Below are positions 38,801 to 51,899 of a stretch of 64,000 nt of DNA, piece after piece. The stretch covers positions 288,001-352,000 of the forward strand of contig CAXXTH010000010.1 of NCBI GenBank assembly GCA_963668025.2, given 5' to 3'. The DNA comes from Candidatus Hydrogenedentota bacterium. GTDB lineage: Bacteria > Hydrogenedentota > Hydrogenedentia > Hydrogenedentales > SLHB01. The stretch's first letter is position 1. Each line of letters opens with the position of its first letter. The translations under genes were made by a program, and so were the position numbers. Below the pieces are notes generated by a model, which saw nothing but the letters and a program-made list of their open reading frames with translations, was not told the origin of the DNA and searched no databases.

Positions 38801-41233
38801 GCTCGTTTGCACATCCTGGTCCATGGCGTACAGTTCGTTCGCGCCTTGGCCCGTATCCACGGTGCCCGATGTAACAGTGTTGAACGTAACGCCATCCGTG
38901 GTCCGCACATTCTGGTTCATCGCGTACAACTCGTTCGCGCCCTGGCCCGTATCGACCGTCGCGGCCGTGATGCCGTTTGTGGTCGTCGCGCCTTCGTCCG
39001 TCACCTGTTGCAACGTGGGGCCATTGGCCGAATCAAAGAGGGCGCTGCCGTTCCAGTAGAGCGAATCGCCAACACGGTAGAGGCGGTCGTCTGTTGTTCC
39101 TAATGGCGTGGTCGGCTCCGTGAGCGTGACATACCCGTCCGCGTTGACCGTCAGATTGTCGAACGATGAGCCGCCTATCGCCGCGCCATTCCAGTATAAG
39201 CTGCCGCCATTGTTATACAAGCGGTCTGTCGTGGTGGCGGGGGGATTAAGCGTGTCCGCGACCAGGACTGCGCCGTTCACATCGAGCGCCTCGGCGGGCG
39301 TTTCCGTGCCGATGCCGACGTTGCCATCGCCGTCAACCACGACCGAGCCTAGCCCTTCCAGTTTCAATATATCTCCATTGCTCCCCATGTAAGTCGCGAA
39401 ATACATATCAAGGGCGTTCAACATCGACCAAGCGCTTATCCAGCGCCACATCGTGCCGCCCTCATACACGCCTTCTCCCCCACCACTTGTGGCCGCCCTA
39501 AAAGTGCCCGAAACCTCCGTGATTACCGCGTGGTATGCCTGCCCCCCCGTGACGGCCGCGGGCGTACTAAACACAATGCTATATACTTCAAATGTAGTTT
39601 CCGTGATGTTCACCGTCTCCAACGATGACAACAAGGAACCCGAGCCAGGCGTGTTCCCGCTGTAAATCCCCACGGTGACTTGCGCCGTTCCGCTTGCTGC
39701 CCGCAGCTTCAGGTCCAATCGCACCATATCCCCCGTTTCACCCGCCGTGAAGGACTGTGCAAGGGGTGTATAATGGGGAAAATCATTGTCATCCAGAGAA
39801 GAAGATTGATCCATCAACAACGTGGACACCTGCAGCGGGGCCGTCGGCGTTTCGGTTCCGATGCCGACCTTGCCGCCCGATGCGACGATGATGTCGTCAT
39901 CAATCGTGACCGTATTCGTGCCAAACGCGCCGGTATCCGCGGTAATTGAACCTACTTCCACCGCGTTTGTGGTCGTCGCTCCGCGCCCTGTCACATTATC
40001 CAGCGTGTCCGCCTCAGTGACAGTGATGTCATCGGGAATATCAGAATCCGTTAAGCTCAACCGGGCCGAGGGCACCGTGCCGCTCTTCAATGCACCAGCA
40101 TCCACAGCACCCGAAGAGCTGATAGAAATCGTATCCGGCACATCCGAATCTCCCAGGCTCAACCGCGCCGAGGGCACCGTGCCGCTCTTCAATGCTCCTG
40201 CATCCACGGAGCCTGAGGAACTTAATGTGATGCTGTCCGGCACCTGGGCGTCCGTCACTGCGCCACCCAAGTTTTGCAGATTGTGGCCATGGGTCGTATC
40301 GGATTTCCCCGCCAGCGACGTATCTACTTCCGTTTTCGTATACGTGTCCGCCACATCCGCTTTATCCGCCAGCGACGTGTCCACTTCCGTCTTCGTATAT
40401 GTGTCCGCCACATCCGCTTTATCTGCCAGCGACGTGTCTACTTCCGTTTTCGTGTATGTATCCGTTACATCCGCTTTATCCGCCAGCGACGTGTCCACTT
40501 CCGTCTTCGTATATGTGTCCGCCACATCCGCTTTATCGCCTAACGACGTGTCCACTTCCGTCTTCGTATATGTGTCCGCTACATCCGCTTTATCCGCCAG
40601 CGATGTATCCACTTCCGTTTTCGTGTATGTATCCGCCACGTCCGCCTTATCCGCCAGCGATGTGTCCACTTCCGTTTTCGTGTATGTATCCGCCACATCG
40701 GCTTTCGCATCAAGCTGCGTCTGGATGCTGGCCGTCACGCCGTCCAGGAAGGCGAATTCATTATTATCGACCACGCCAGCGCCCACGCCCGATGCGTCCA
40801 CATGATCCGCCTCAGTGGAACGCAACGCATACGGCACGGCATTCACTTGCACCCGCTGCGGAAACACATCATCCAACGCATTGCCATCCGCCGGATCATC
40901 GGTATCCACCGCCAATTCATAAAAGAGCGTAGCCGTATCGAGGGCTGCCTCCGGTGGAGTGATGGCAAGAGAGAATACGCCACGCGCCGAGAGTGTGGCG
41001 GTTCCGGTAAGAGCGCTTCCTAGCAAATTGCCGTCCGTGGCGGCGTCAAAAAAACGCACCTGCCATGCCCTGCCACCCGTGAGCGGAGAGCCATCGGCTT
41101 TGGACAATTGGCCCTCGATCGTGATCGAGGAGGGTGTTTCCGCCGAACAGGGGAAAGCCAGCATTGTCATTACGGCGGCAATAAAAACAACCATGCCGCA
41201 CCGCGTGCCTATTGCACCCCAGTTTTTCATCAT
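35810..41233 (-). CDS. Giant secreted fibre/adhesin-like protein with phage tail-fibre-type repeats
   Basis: AAGGAG before ATG at 41233 and a signal peptide. N-domain ending VPYA, 7x19-aa repeat, GIGT-x-TP and RLYNNGGSLYW repeats, four similar beta-sandwich modules. Confidence 0.85.
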   Translation of the reverse strand: MMKNWGAIGTRCGMVVFIAAVMTMLAFPCSAETPSSITIEGQLSKADGSPLTGGRAWQVRFFDAATDGNLLGSALTGTATLSARGVFSLAITPPEAALDTATLFYELAVDTDDPADGNALDDVFPQRVQVNAVPYALRSTEADHVDASGVGAGVVDNNEFAFLDGVTASIQTQLDAKADVADTYTKTEVDTSLADKADVADTYTKTEVDTSLADKADVADTYTKTEVDTSLGDKADVADTYTKTEVDTSLADKADVTDTYTKTEVDTSLADKADVADTYTKTEVDTSLADKADVADTYTKTEVDTSLAGKSDTTHGHNLQNLGGAVTDAQVPDSITLSSSGSVDAGALKSGTVPSARLSLGDSDVPDTISISSSGAVDAGALKSGTVPSARLSLTDSDIPDDITVTEADTLDNVTGRGATTTNAVEVGSITADTGAFGTNTVTIDDDIIVASGGKVGIGTETPTAPLQVSTLLMDQSSSLDDNDFPHYTPLAQSFTAGETGDMVRLDLKLRAASGTAQVTVGIYSGNTPGSGSLLSSLETVNITETTFEVYSIVFSTPAAVTGGQAYHAVITEVSGTFRAATSGGGEGVYEGGTMWRWISAWSMLNALDMYFATYMGSNGDILKLEGLGSVVVDGDGNVGIGTETPAEALDVNGAVLVADTLNPPATTTDRLYNNGGSLYWNGAAIGGSSFDNLTVNADGYVTLTEPTTPLGTTDDRLYRVGDSLYWNGSALFDSANGPTLQQVTDEGATTTNGITAATVDTGQGANELYAMNQNVRTTDGVTFNTVTSGTVDTGQGANELYAMDQDVQTSDAVQFGAASLGSGDTPDQQNTNNSTTFGFGSGMNVAQVFTPEHSGSLVKCTLAMRYQHSTCTVNVSIYSGNTPPSGSLLSSVETVTLTSGSSTEYEVVFATPAPVVAAQQYYILVSPSASIEWDASTNQYSGGTSWADFGSGWAEYSSVDAWFKTFVVPSSDVLSVKGFAYFLDTGTSPSTTANRLYNNGGSLYWGDTILGGSSFDTLTVNADGYMTITEPTTPLGTTDDRLYRVGDSLYWDGSELYGSANAPTLDEVTDAGATTDNAVTVGSITADTGTFGTSSVTITDDIIVADGGSVGLGTNTPSAVLDVAGTVIGDAAVDQQTGTGAGSEESTINVGYKFAQVVVPQATGQLTKVLLQTKIPTSGGMPPTSTPTLDVSIYSGSTPGSGSLLSSVETVEVSQSSLTDTSIEFSTPADVAAGGAIYILIANNSTVKLAIRTEYTNTYTSGLMWYNNGSWASEKSMYDIYFKTWVESAIPRLRVQGDQDVIINSAGQLGIGVSTPSAAIDVNGAINIQDTTSAPASIAGKLYNNGGSLYWGGTAIGGSSFDTLTVNADGYMTITEPTTTLSTTDDRLYRVGDSLYWDGSELYGSANAPTLDEVTDAGATTSNAVTVGSITADTGTFGSSSVTVTDDILMDMGSQIGIGEDTPGAAIDVAATQLDQQTSSGTSFTWGLPNGVSSAQVVVPQLTGSLVKVLLQAKRPTATAGTLDVSIYSGNTPGSGSLLSSVETVTVDQASFTDLNVEFSTPAAVTAGQSIYILIENHSGVAVTARADYSETYPAGNSWHKNSSWADQGTTYDFYFKTWVVGDGLAFRVQGGQNVAIDFAGHLGIGTDTPAEALDVDGAVLVADTTNPPTTTTNRLYNNGGDLYWDGTKLNGGGGTSVDVDTWSCSWNALNTLQNGWTIWSQKAKYAGEIICFQVYSRVASGGTLDLKVNGVSVLASPLALVSDSNEEATLATTSFMEGDVITIIHANATSNQSGVIPVITVEYTH
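40309..40707 (-). repeat. Coding tandem repeat, 7 x 57 bp (KADVADTYTKTEVDTSLAD)
   Basis: Seven TYTKTEVDTSL units, varying mostly at synonymous positions. Confidence 0.92.
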
Positions 41234-42129
41234 TCGTCTCCTTACCTGCTTGCGTATCCTTTTAAAATCCCACTTGTCCGTTCGCCACATTCACCAGCGA
41301 AGAGAGAAAAATAATATAATTAGCACTATCCGCAACGATTACATTTCGTAAAAAAAACCGATATGTGCCGAAAGTACAATTATCCAGGAGATGGCGATGA
41401 GGCATGGAAGCGAATGATTCGGGCATGTACTGGCGGGAGAAACGAAATACAGCCCGGCTGCCCTTCTGGGAAAGGCCCCGATTTGGAGGCATAAAAAAAT
41501 GAACTCTTCTTTGCGTGAGACGCCCCAGCCGAAAAAGGGCGACCCCCCTTCCACCATGACGCAATACTTGCATTTACCCACCCCTTGCGCCTGCGTGCTA
41601 TTCCACCCCAAATTACCTGATATCACGAAATCCAATAAAAACTTCGTTAAAAAACAATAATACCCCCTAATACAAATTACGCGAATATCGCAAATTATGC
41701 ATTCCTGCTTATAAAAAACAGTATATACACAACCCCCTCAAAAAGCAAGAGTTTATCAATACAGACAAATAATACACCATGAATTCAAACATTTTGACAA
41801 AAACCGTTTGATTCCATGCCGCTTCATAGATATAAGTGATTTTTAAAAAAAGAGTTAGAGCTAGAATACCGCACGGTATTTTCACCCTGCCGAATGAGGC
41901 GGAAAAGCTAAATCTAAACGCCCACTCATCTTATTTGAACAGAGAAATGCGAATGCATTCTGTTAAATATAGGCTATATGTAAAAATGAACATTATGGTA
42001 TCAGATAGGCCGTATCTGCCCTTGATTTTTCAAAGGCCTGCGGATTATTCACATTCTTATCTCATTCGCATATAATAGCTTCGGCTCGCCAGCTTGGTGG
42101 CGGAGCAATCGGTGGGAGCTCGGTGCGTC

Positions 42130-42471
42130 ATGTTCAGAAGAAAACTTAAGCGCAGACATCTCATTTTTTACTTGCGGGTTTTTGATCTCGATACCAGTAA
42201 ACTCATCGGGAATATCGCCGATATCACCACCGAAGGCGTTATGCTCGTGAGCGAGAGGCCCATGGATATTGGGCGGATGTATCACTTGTCCGTTAAATTC
42301 CCGGACCGTCTCGAAGAGGATACGGAATACACATTCCACGCGCGATGCCTCTGGTGCAAGCGGGACACCAATCCCAGTTTTTTGGTGTCGGGTTTCATGC
42401 TGGAAGACTGCGGGGATGAGCTTCGCGAAGAGATAAAGTATCTCATTCAAGAGATTGGCTTTAATGAATGA
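42130..42471 (+). CDS. PilZ domain protein
   Basis: RxxxR (RKLKR) and DITTEG c-di-GMP-binding-type motifs. Confidence 0.85.
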   Translation: MFRRKLKRRHLIFYLRVFDLDTSKLIGNIADITTEGVMLVSERPMDIGRMYHLSVKFPDRLEEDTEYTFHARCLWCKRDTNPSFLVSGFMLEDCGDELREEIKYLIQEIGFNE

Positions 42472-42553
42472 AGCTGTGGAATATTAGTTAGCCTCAGGCG
42501 TTTCTACTGAAAGACAGCCATAAATAAACATGGCGCGGCATAGCCGCAACTAT

Positions 42554-42874
42554 GTAGGGTGGGGCTTGCCCCACCGCTCAAAAAATACGCCTAATAATCC
42601 CGGCATAACTATTTGAAATGGTAACACTTTAGCCAAGTGGTGCAAAATGACCGGCGAGGGCGCTGGTCGTCAGATGCAAAATGATGTATCAAGGCCGGCG
42701 AAAAGGAATAAACAAGGCCGACAAATACAAGATGCTACTTCAGCCGGCTACAGTCTTACTTGAAATGCAATCATTTCCCAGGAAAACATTCACAAGAAAC
42801 AACACCTAGACAGATAGTAAGGCAAACTTACAGAGGGTATAACGGCAGCCTTTGGCGGGGCAAGCCCGCCCTGC
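42554..42874. repeat. REPIN-like element: GTAG REP and degenerate inverted REP, with the spacer interrupted by a MITE
   Basis: gtagggtggggcttgccccacc at 42554-42575 and ggcggggcaagcccgccctgc at 42854-42874. Homologous to the minus strand of ~57490-57620. Confidence 0.7.
42621..42759 (+). mobile_element. IS66-derived MITE, copy 2 (139 bp)
   Basis: Ends gtaacactttagcc and cttcagccggctacagtcttac match the IS66 at 52361-53888. Perfect 8-bp TSD TTGAAATG (42613-42620 and 42760-42767). Confidence 0.88.
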
Positions 42875-42931
42875 TGGATTGTATAATCCTCGGCATCCGT
42901 GAAATCCGAAATATCGGTAGTATGGAGCATA

Positions 42932-43735
42932 ATGATGAGTGTGGTAAGCGCAGATCCATTTTGGGAAAAGATTCGTGAAGAAGTCGAGCGGGACACGCGG
43001 CAAGAACCGTTGCTGGCCAATTTCTTCTATGGCTGTGTGTTGAATCACCAAACACTCGAGGACACGCTCAGTTTTCTCTTGGCCACGAAGCTCGAGAGTT
43101 CGACCATCACCGCCGTATCGCTTCGCGAATTATTCGATCAGGCATTTCAAGATAGCCTACATATCCGTGAAGCCATCCGCGCCGACATCGAGGCGGTCGT
43201 CACGCGTGATGCGGCTTGCCGGGGCTATTCCCAGCCGCTGCTTTTCTTTAAGGGCTTTCATGCCCTCCAGTCATACCGCGTGGCGCATTATTATTGGGAA
43301 CAAGGGCGCATTCCGCTGGCGCTGTTTTTACAGACGCGCATCTCCCAAGTGCTGGCCGTGGATATTCATCCCGCGGCGCGCATTGGCAAAGGGATACTGA
43401 TGGACCACGCCACCAGCGTGGTGATTGGCGAAACGGCGGTAGTGGATGACGATGTCTCTATCCTGCATGAGGTGACGCTCGGCGGGACGGGCAAAATCTC
43501 GGGAGATCGCCATCCCAAAGTGCGCCGGGGCGTGTTGATCGGCGCGGGCGCTAAAATATTAGGCAATGTCCATATCGGCCAAGGGGCCTGGATCGGCGCG
43601 GGCAGCGTAGTGCTCACTGATGTCCCCGCCCATACCTCCGTCGCGGGCGTTCCCGCGCGTGTCGTCGGGCGTCCCCGGACTCAGCAGCCCGCCCTGGATA
43701 TGGAGCAAGTATTGGATATCGGCGGCGGCATCTAG
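42932..43735 (+). CDS. cysE: Serine O-acetyltransferase
   Basis: [23 protein letters not shown] and TLGGTGK-x2-GDRHPK motifs. Confidence 0.96.
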   Translation: MMSVVSADPFWEKIREEVERDTRQEPLLANFFYGCVLNHQTLEDTLSFLLATKLESSTITAVSLRELFDQAFQDSLHIREAIRADIEAVVTRDAACRGYSQPLLFFKGFHALQSYRVAHYYWEQGRIPLALFLQTRISQVLAVDIHPAARIGKGILMDHATSVVIGETAVVDDDVSILHEVTLGGTGKISGDRHPKVRRGVLIGAGAKILGNVHIGQGAWIGAGSVVLTDVPAHTSVAGVPARVVGRPRTQQPALDMEQVLDIGGGI

Positions 43736-44706
43736 CCGCGCGCGAGCATCCCAAGGGCCTTGTCGAGGGCTGTTTCCACGGAAATGGTTCCGAGGCAATG
43801 CGCAAGCCCTTTCGGGCAAACGCCTTCCTGTTCCATGCGTGGCGTTTCGGGCCGTGAAACGGGCGCATTCCAGCAACCTTGGCAGGGCCTGCCGTTCAGA
43901 AGCGCCAGGAAGCCGGGGTCATCCCGGATCAGTATGGCCGGAGCCGTCGGGCCAAACAGAGCCATTACGGGCGTTCCGGCGGCGCGGGCGAGGTGCATAA
44001 GGCCCGAATCGCCCGTAATCAGCAGATCCGAGGCATGTAGCACGCACGCGGCCTCGCGCACGGTAGTTTGGCCTACGAGGCATGCGCCCAGGCCCACCCG
44101 TTCATCTTCTCCATGGCCAACTTGCACCACTCCGGCGCCTTCATCCGCCAGTTTCCGGCACAACCCTCGCCAGTTTTCCAACGGCCAGCGTTTCGTGGGC
44201 CAAGTCGCTCCGGTGCAAATGGCCACAAGGGGCCTTTCTACCGGCAGCATGCCCAACTGCGGGGCGTCCCAATCAGGGTAATAAAGCCGGGGCCGGGCGG
44301 CAGGCATGGGAACGCTCGCATTACGGGCATATTGCGCTAAGCGGAAAACCGTGCGCGATGCGCCGCGCAGTAAACGATAGGCATCCACACGCACGGGGCT
44401 TTCATTGACGCTGTCCACGTACGGATGGCCGGTTAACAAGTCGGGATAATTGCACCATACCGTCAGCCTCACGCCCGGGTAGCGCGCCTTAATAGCTTCA
44501 TAAAGAGGAAGGGCCATCACTTCATCGCCCAAGCGCCAGCGGATCTCCGCAAGCATATGCCTCTGCCGCCCAAACCAGGGCAAAATTCGCCACCGCACGG
44601 CCCGGCTCATACGCCGTAAGCGGCGCTCAATGGGGCCGAATGGATCTTCATATGCGGAATAGTCTTGGCCCATGCGGACGATTTCCCTATTCAATGCCTG
44701 CCCCAT
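43732..44706 (-). CDS. Glycosyltransferase family 9 (heptosyltransferase-like)
   Basis: [25 protein letters not shown] and LFGPT motifs. Confidence 0.9.
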   Translation of the reverse strand: MGQALNREIVRMGQDYSAYEDPFGPIERRLRRMSRAVRWRILPWFGRQRHMLAEIRWRLGDEVMALPLYEAIKARYPGVRLTVWCNYPDLLTGHPYVDSVNESPVRVDAYRLLRGASRTVFRLAQYARNASVPMPAARPRLYYPDWDAPQLGMLPVERPLVAICTGATWPTKRWPLENWRGLCRKLADEGAGVVQVGHGEDERVGLGACLVGQTTVREAACVLHASDLLITGDSGLMHLARAAGTPVMALFGPTAPAILIRDDPGFLALLNGRPCQGCWNAPVSRPETPRMEQEGVCPKGLAHCLGTISVETALDKALGMLARG

Positions 44707-44894
44707 CGTACAAGAATCCTAAAGCATAAAAAAGGCAATGCGTCTGTTTTGCTTCATCTCCTTGGACTCTGGCTGAAGAAAAACCACCACCGATAGCCAT
44801 AGATGCTTCGTGATGACAATGCGACGCTATGCGTCTGCTTGATGCGTATAGCCATGGCGATTCTTACATACGGATTTGAGTGCGCAAGGCTTCT

Positions 44895-44923
44895 TTGGAG
44901 CGGGCTCATCTGTTTGCTATAAT
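44895..44923 (+). promoter_or_regulatory. Sigma70 promoter of greA
   Basis: TTGGAG-N17-TATAAT with an extended -10 TG. Confidence 0.6.
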
Positions 44924-45053
44924 GCCCCGAACGATCTGGCGAAAGGGCTGGTGCGCCTGTAGGGCGCGGCTGCATGTGAATCCCTGTCTTTATATATTCC
45001 GTGTGTGAGCGGATAGGCGCAACATGCGCCTTGCGAAGGAGATAGCGTCGGAA

Positions 45054-45521
45054 ATGGACAACATCTATGTGTCGGCCGAGGGTTTAGAGAAACTCAAAGC
45101 AGAGCTGGCGGAGTGCAAATCCAAATCACCCGTGATCGCGGCGGAGATTGAGCACGCCCGCAGCTATGGAGATTTGCGCGAGAATTCGGAATACCATGCG
45201 GCGAAAGACGCCCAGGCGAAGAACCATGCCCGCATACGCGATCTCGCGGATAAAGTGGCCAGGGCGGTTGTCGTCGACGAGTCACAGTTGGACAGTTCGA
45301 AGGCGTATATGGGCGCGACGGTGCGCGTGTTGAATAAAAAGACGAAAAAAGAGTTTACGTACATCCTAGTAAGCCCGGTCGAGTCAGATATGTCGGCGGG
45401 TAAAATCTCGATGAAATCGCCGGTAGGCCAGGCCTTGACGGGCAAATCCGTGGGTGATGTAGTGGTCGCCCAAGTGCCCGCGGGCAACATCGAACTCGAG
45501 ATTCTAGAGATCTCGCGATAA
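45054..45521 (+). CDS. greA: Transcription elongation factor GreA
   Basis: GDLRENSEYHAAK and ISMKSPVGQAL motifs. Confidence 0.95.
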   Translation: MDNIYVSAEGLEKLKAELAECKSKSPVIAAEIEHARSYGDLRENSEYHAAKDAQAKNHARIRDLADKVARAVVVDESQLDSSKAYMGATVRVLNKKTKKEFTYILVSPVESDMSAGKISMKSPVGQALTGKSVGDVVVAQVPAGNIELEILEISR

Positions 45522-45608
45522 AGCGGGCGCCCTAGCGCGGGCATCACATGGTCCAATCAACGCCTAACAGGGCGAAACCGGCAGCAGCAATCAAGGGGTA
45601 TGCACTCG

Positions 45609-48848
<3,240 letters not shown>

Positions 48849-48874
48849 GCCAAAGAAGAATATGGCCAATGGCC

Positions 48875-48912
48875 AAAATGAAAGCGGCGGCATATGCCGC
48901 CGCTTTCATTTT
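48875..48912. terminator. Bidirectional intrinsic terminator (38-bp perfect palindrome)
   Basis: aaaatgaaagcggcggcatatgccgccgctttcatttt. Confidence 0.8.
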
Positions 48913-48976
48913 ACAATGCCAACGAGTCGAGTACGAGGTATTTGTGTTCCGGCGGCGCGTAGGCGATGGCGTATAA

Positions 48977-49583
48977 TGGCTGACCGCATGACTCGGAGCG
49001 CCAAGAGCGGCGACACGGTATTTGATTACCGAGGCGACGGACTGAGGTGGAAGCGCTCCGTGGACAAAGCCGTTGCGAACGTGTACTATTGAGATAACAA
49101 CTACAGGGTTGTTAATGAACAACAAAACGGAAGTCCGTACCATCAGTTTACATATATAGGTCAAACATTGGCGCATAGGGATCTCAATGTGGGCACCCAA
49201 GCCGTCACATGGAAATACTATTATGGAGACCAACTCGGCTTCCACACGGCGGCTGCGGGATAGCGCAAAGATTTCCGTGGCTCAGTTTGAGTTTAACCCC
49301 CTACGGCCTTTTCTACGCCCAGTCTGGTTCGACTATCGCTACCACCCGTCTTTACACCGGCCTTGATTATGACTCTGTGGCTGCGTTCCACTTGAATTAT
49401 ACGAAAGACTTTGGCGGCGAAAGCACTTTTTATTCTGTGTTCATCAGCGATTTGCGTATGATGAACAGATTTCCCCGAAAAGCCCCGTAAGGCTTGGTGG
49501 CAGATCTAGATACATGCGATTGTGCTAATCGCTGGATGGACGAAATGCCCTTCTTGACCATGCATGAAGGTGCCGTTCGATGA
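48977..49583 (+). pseudogene. Decayed Rhs core fragment and possible toxin C-terminal remnant
   Basis: With one stop and two 1-nt frameshifts it reads FDYRGDGLRWKR...YYYGDQLGSTRRLRD...FEFNPYG...YTGLDYD. Confidence 0.75.
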
Positions 49584-49637
49584 TTGGAGGAGATTCTCAT
49601 GTTCATTAGCAAATACGAGTGGATCGACAAGCTAGAC

Positions 49638-51009
49638 GGGTGTTCCCGCAGAATGCTTAAAGAAATCCTCGTGTCGGGTCGATAAGTATGCCGGACCCTT
49701 AACGGAGGAAGACCGATGGCAGCGATGGTGACAAGGCGCGACGGCGACACGTTCGAGGTGAGTTTCTCGCTGAGGCTGCGTGGTTCGATGCTCGATATGG
49801 AGGAGGCGGTCCAGGAGGCCCTGAACGGGGTGGGGCGCGCAGTCATGGCCGAGGCCCTGGCCCGTTTCGACACAGACGGCTCGCCCATCCGCGTCGGCGC
49901 CCACCACCTTCAAAACCAAGGGGCGCTTCGGCCAGACCTACGAGACGCCCCACGGCCCGGTCCGCGTCGAGCGGCACGTCTACCAGAACACCGCCACGGG
50001 CGGGCGCACCTTCTGCCCGCTGGAGCGGGACGCGCGAATGGTCATGAACGCCACGCCGCGCTACGCCCGGATCGTCAGCGGAAAATACTCCCGCATGGGC
50101 GCCGATGTCATGCGCCGCGACCTGCTCGAGTCGACAGGCCGCGCAATCTCGCGCGACTATGTGAAGAAGATCGGCGATTTTGTGGGCGCCCTGGCGCAGG
50201 CCAGGGAGGAGACGTGGGAGTACGAGCTGCCGGAATTGGACAGGCCGGTCGCGTCGGTGGCCGTGGGCCTGGACGGCACCTGCATGCTGCTCAGGGAGGA
50301 CGGCTGGCGTCAGGCGATGTGCGGGTCCATCAGCCTGTACGACAAGGACGGGGAGCGGCTGCACACGATCTACGCGGGCGCATCGCCCGAGTACGGCAAG
50401 CAGACTTTCCTCGAGCGCTTCGGCCGCGAGGTGGAGCGCGTGAGGGCGAGGCACCCGGCGGCGCTGTATATCGGCCTGGCCGACGGCGCGCCGGACAACT
50501 GGAAGTTTTTGACGCCGCGCACGGACCGGCAGATGCTGGATTTCTATCACGCGCGGGAATACGTGGGGAAGGCGGCGGAGGCGATTCACGGTCATGGCGC
50601 GCGCCGCCGGGAGTGGGAGGCGGACTGGAGTCACCGGCTGAAGCACACGAGGGGCGCAGCCGGACGCTTGCTGGAGGAGATGAAGGCGAGCTTGCCAAGC
50701 GTGCGCGCCCAGGCTTGCCGCGAGGAACTCGGCAAGGCGATCACCTACTTCGGCAATCACCGCTCGAAGATGCAATACTGGCGGCACACGGCGGAGCGCC
50801 TTCCCATCGGCAGCGGAGTGACGGAGGCGGCGTGCAAGACGCTGATCAAGCAACGCCTGGCATGCTCCGGGATGCGGTGGAAGGAAGCGGGCGCGAGCGC
50901 GGTGATCGCGCTCAGGTCGCTGGAGATGACCGAGGGCCGTTGGGACCAGTTCTGGCAACACGTGGCCCGCCACGGGGTCAATTGAGGTTATCATATTGAG
51001 GGAGCACCC
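49638..51009 (+). mobile_element. ISKra4-family IS (ISMich2-like), 1372 bp
   Basis: Imperfect TIR GGGTGTTCCCGCA / GGGTGCTCCCTCA. 8-bp TSD AGCTAGAC (49630-49637 and 51010-51017). Confidence 0.9.
49716..50985 (+). CDS. ISKra4-family transposase split over two frames (+1 shift near 49900)
   Basis: ORF1 reads to FDTDGSPIRVG. ORF2 carries YETPHG, GLDGTC, LADGA, LDFYH and PIGSGVTEAACK motifs. Confidence 0.85.
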
Positions 51010-51773
51010 AGCTAGACTTATGGGCGTGGCTCATTGCTTATGCTTGTATAATATTTGCCAGCATTAACCGCAAGAATGGGATTTATTGGCTCGTTGGAAT
51101 CCTGCTCGTTGGAATCCTTTTGTGCCATACTTTTTCTTGGTTTTTCTTTCTATTTATATATATTGCACTACAAGGTATCTTGCCAGATGAAGGTACTCCG
51201 GGTATTGGGTTTGGTCTAGTATTAGCTTTTCCAACCTCGTACGCCCTAGTAATTTTAGGGTCACCTTATATTTGTGCCGTGAAAAGACTGTGTAGGTGGA
51301 GCATTTTTCTACTTCTTTCTCAATATACTTTCTTCCTATCTGCCACTATTGTCTTCACAAAAATCTTGACTCCAGGAGGTTTCTATTCCGTCGCAATGCC
51401 GGAAATACTAGAAACACCCGAACTCTATATCGTACCATTGTGTGTATTATTAGTAATGTATTTATTATATTATATGTATAAAAATAAAGTATATAAAGGA
51501 ATTGTTGGAATAGTCGGATCTTATCTTTGTACCGCATTTTTGTTTGCATTATTAGTGGCTACCGATATTATTTATGATTATTGCGGTTATCTTGCATATG
51601 TCGAAGCTATGAGAACGCCTCTTCTTCTGGCGCTACATGTTGTTTTTAGTACAACAGTTGTACTTTTACCATATTTTATATGGGACATCCTTGATATGAA
51701 GTCAGGCAAAGACTTGAAGCTGGGAAAACGCTTATTCGATATTTATACCTAGATCTGGAAAGATATAACAACT

Positions 51774-51862
51774 GTGTATTTTGGGGTTGACAACTACACA
51801 ATCGTTAATAAACAGCAAGACGTAAGTCCGAGCCAACTGTTTATATATATAGGTCAAACACT
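51774..51862 (+). repeat. Diverged second copy of the Rhs core segment at 49081-49169
   Basis: Ungapped alignment by eye gives about 69/89 identical nt. VYYxDNNYRVVNEQQNGSP..F.YIGQTL pattern. Confidence 0.8.
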
Positions 51863-51899
51863 AAATTGTGAGTATAACAAACATAAGCGGAGCCATATT

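Larger units (their letters stand above)
49599..51752 (+). pseudogene. AT-rich multi-TM membrane protein (putative immunity gene) interrupted by ISKra4 after codon 13
   Basis: GGAGGAG then ATG at 49599 (MFISKYEWIDKLD). The frame resumes at 51018 and runs through ORF 51120-51752 once the IS and one TSD are removed. Confidence 0.75.

Noticed and set aside
40309-40707. Regular 57-bp repeats resembling a CRISPR array
   Set aside because: There are no unique spacers. It is an in-frame coding repeat with synonymous variation, and no cas genes are present.
35810-41233. Prophage or diversity-generating retroelement target
   Set aside because: The protein has a signal peptide, and there are no other phage genes, reverse transcriptase or adenine-specific repeat pair.
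41854-41869. gttagagctagaatac resembles the Cas9 repeat/sgRNA scaffold start
   Set aside because: The match is short and gapped, with no array, tracrRNA continuation or cas gene.
41850-41920. Possible hammerhead ribozyme or c-di-GMP riboswitch near the PilZ gene
   Set aside because: It lacks the CUGANGA core and the GGCAAAC...GAAA...GACGCAAAG consensus.
51089-51118. 15-bp tandem duplication gctcgttggaatcct
   Set aside because: It is an in-frame slippage duplication within a membrane gene, with no sign of an inserted element.
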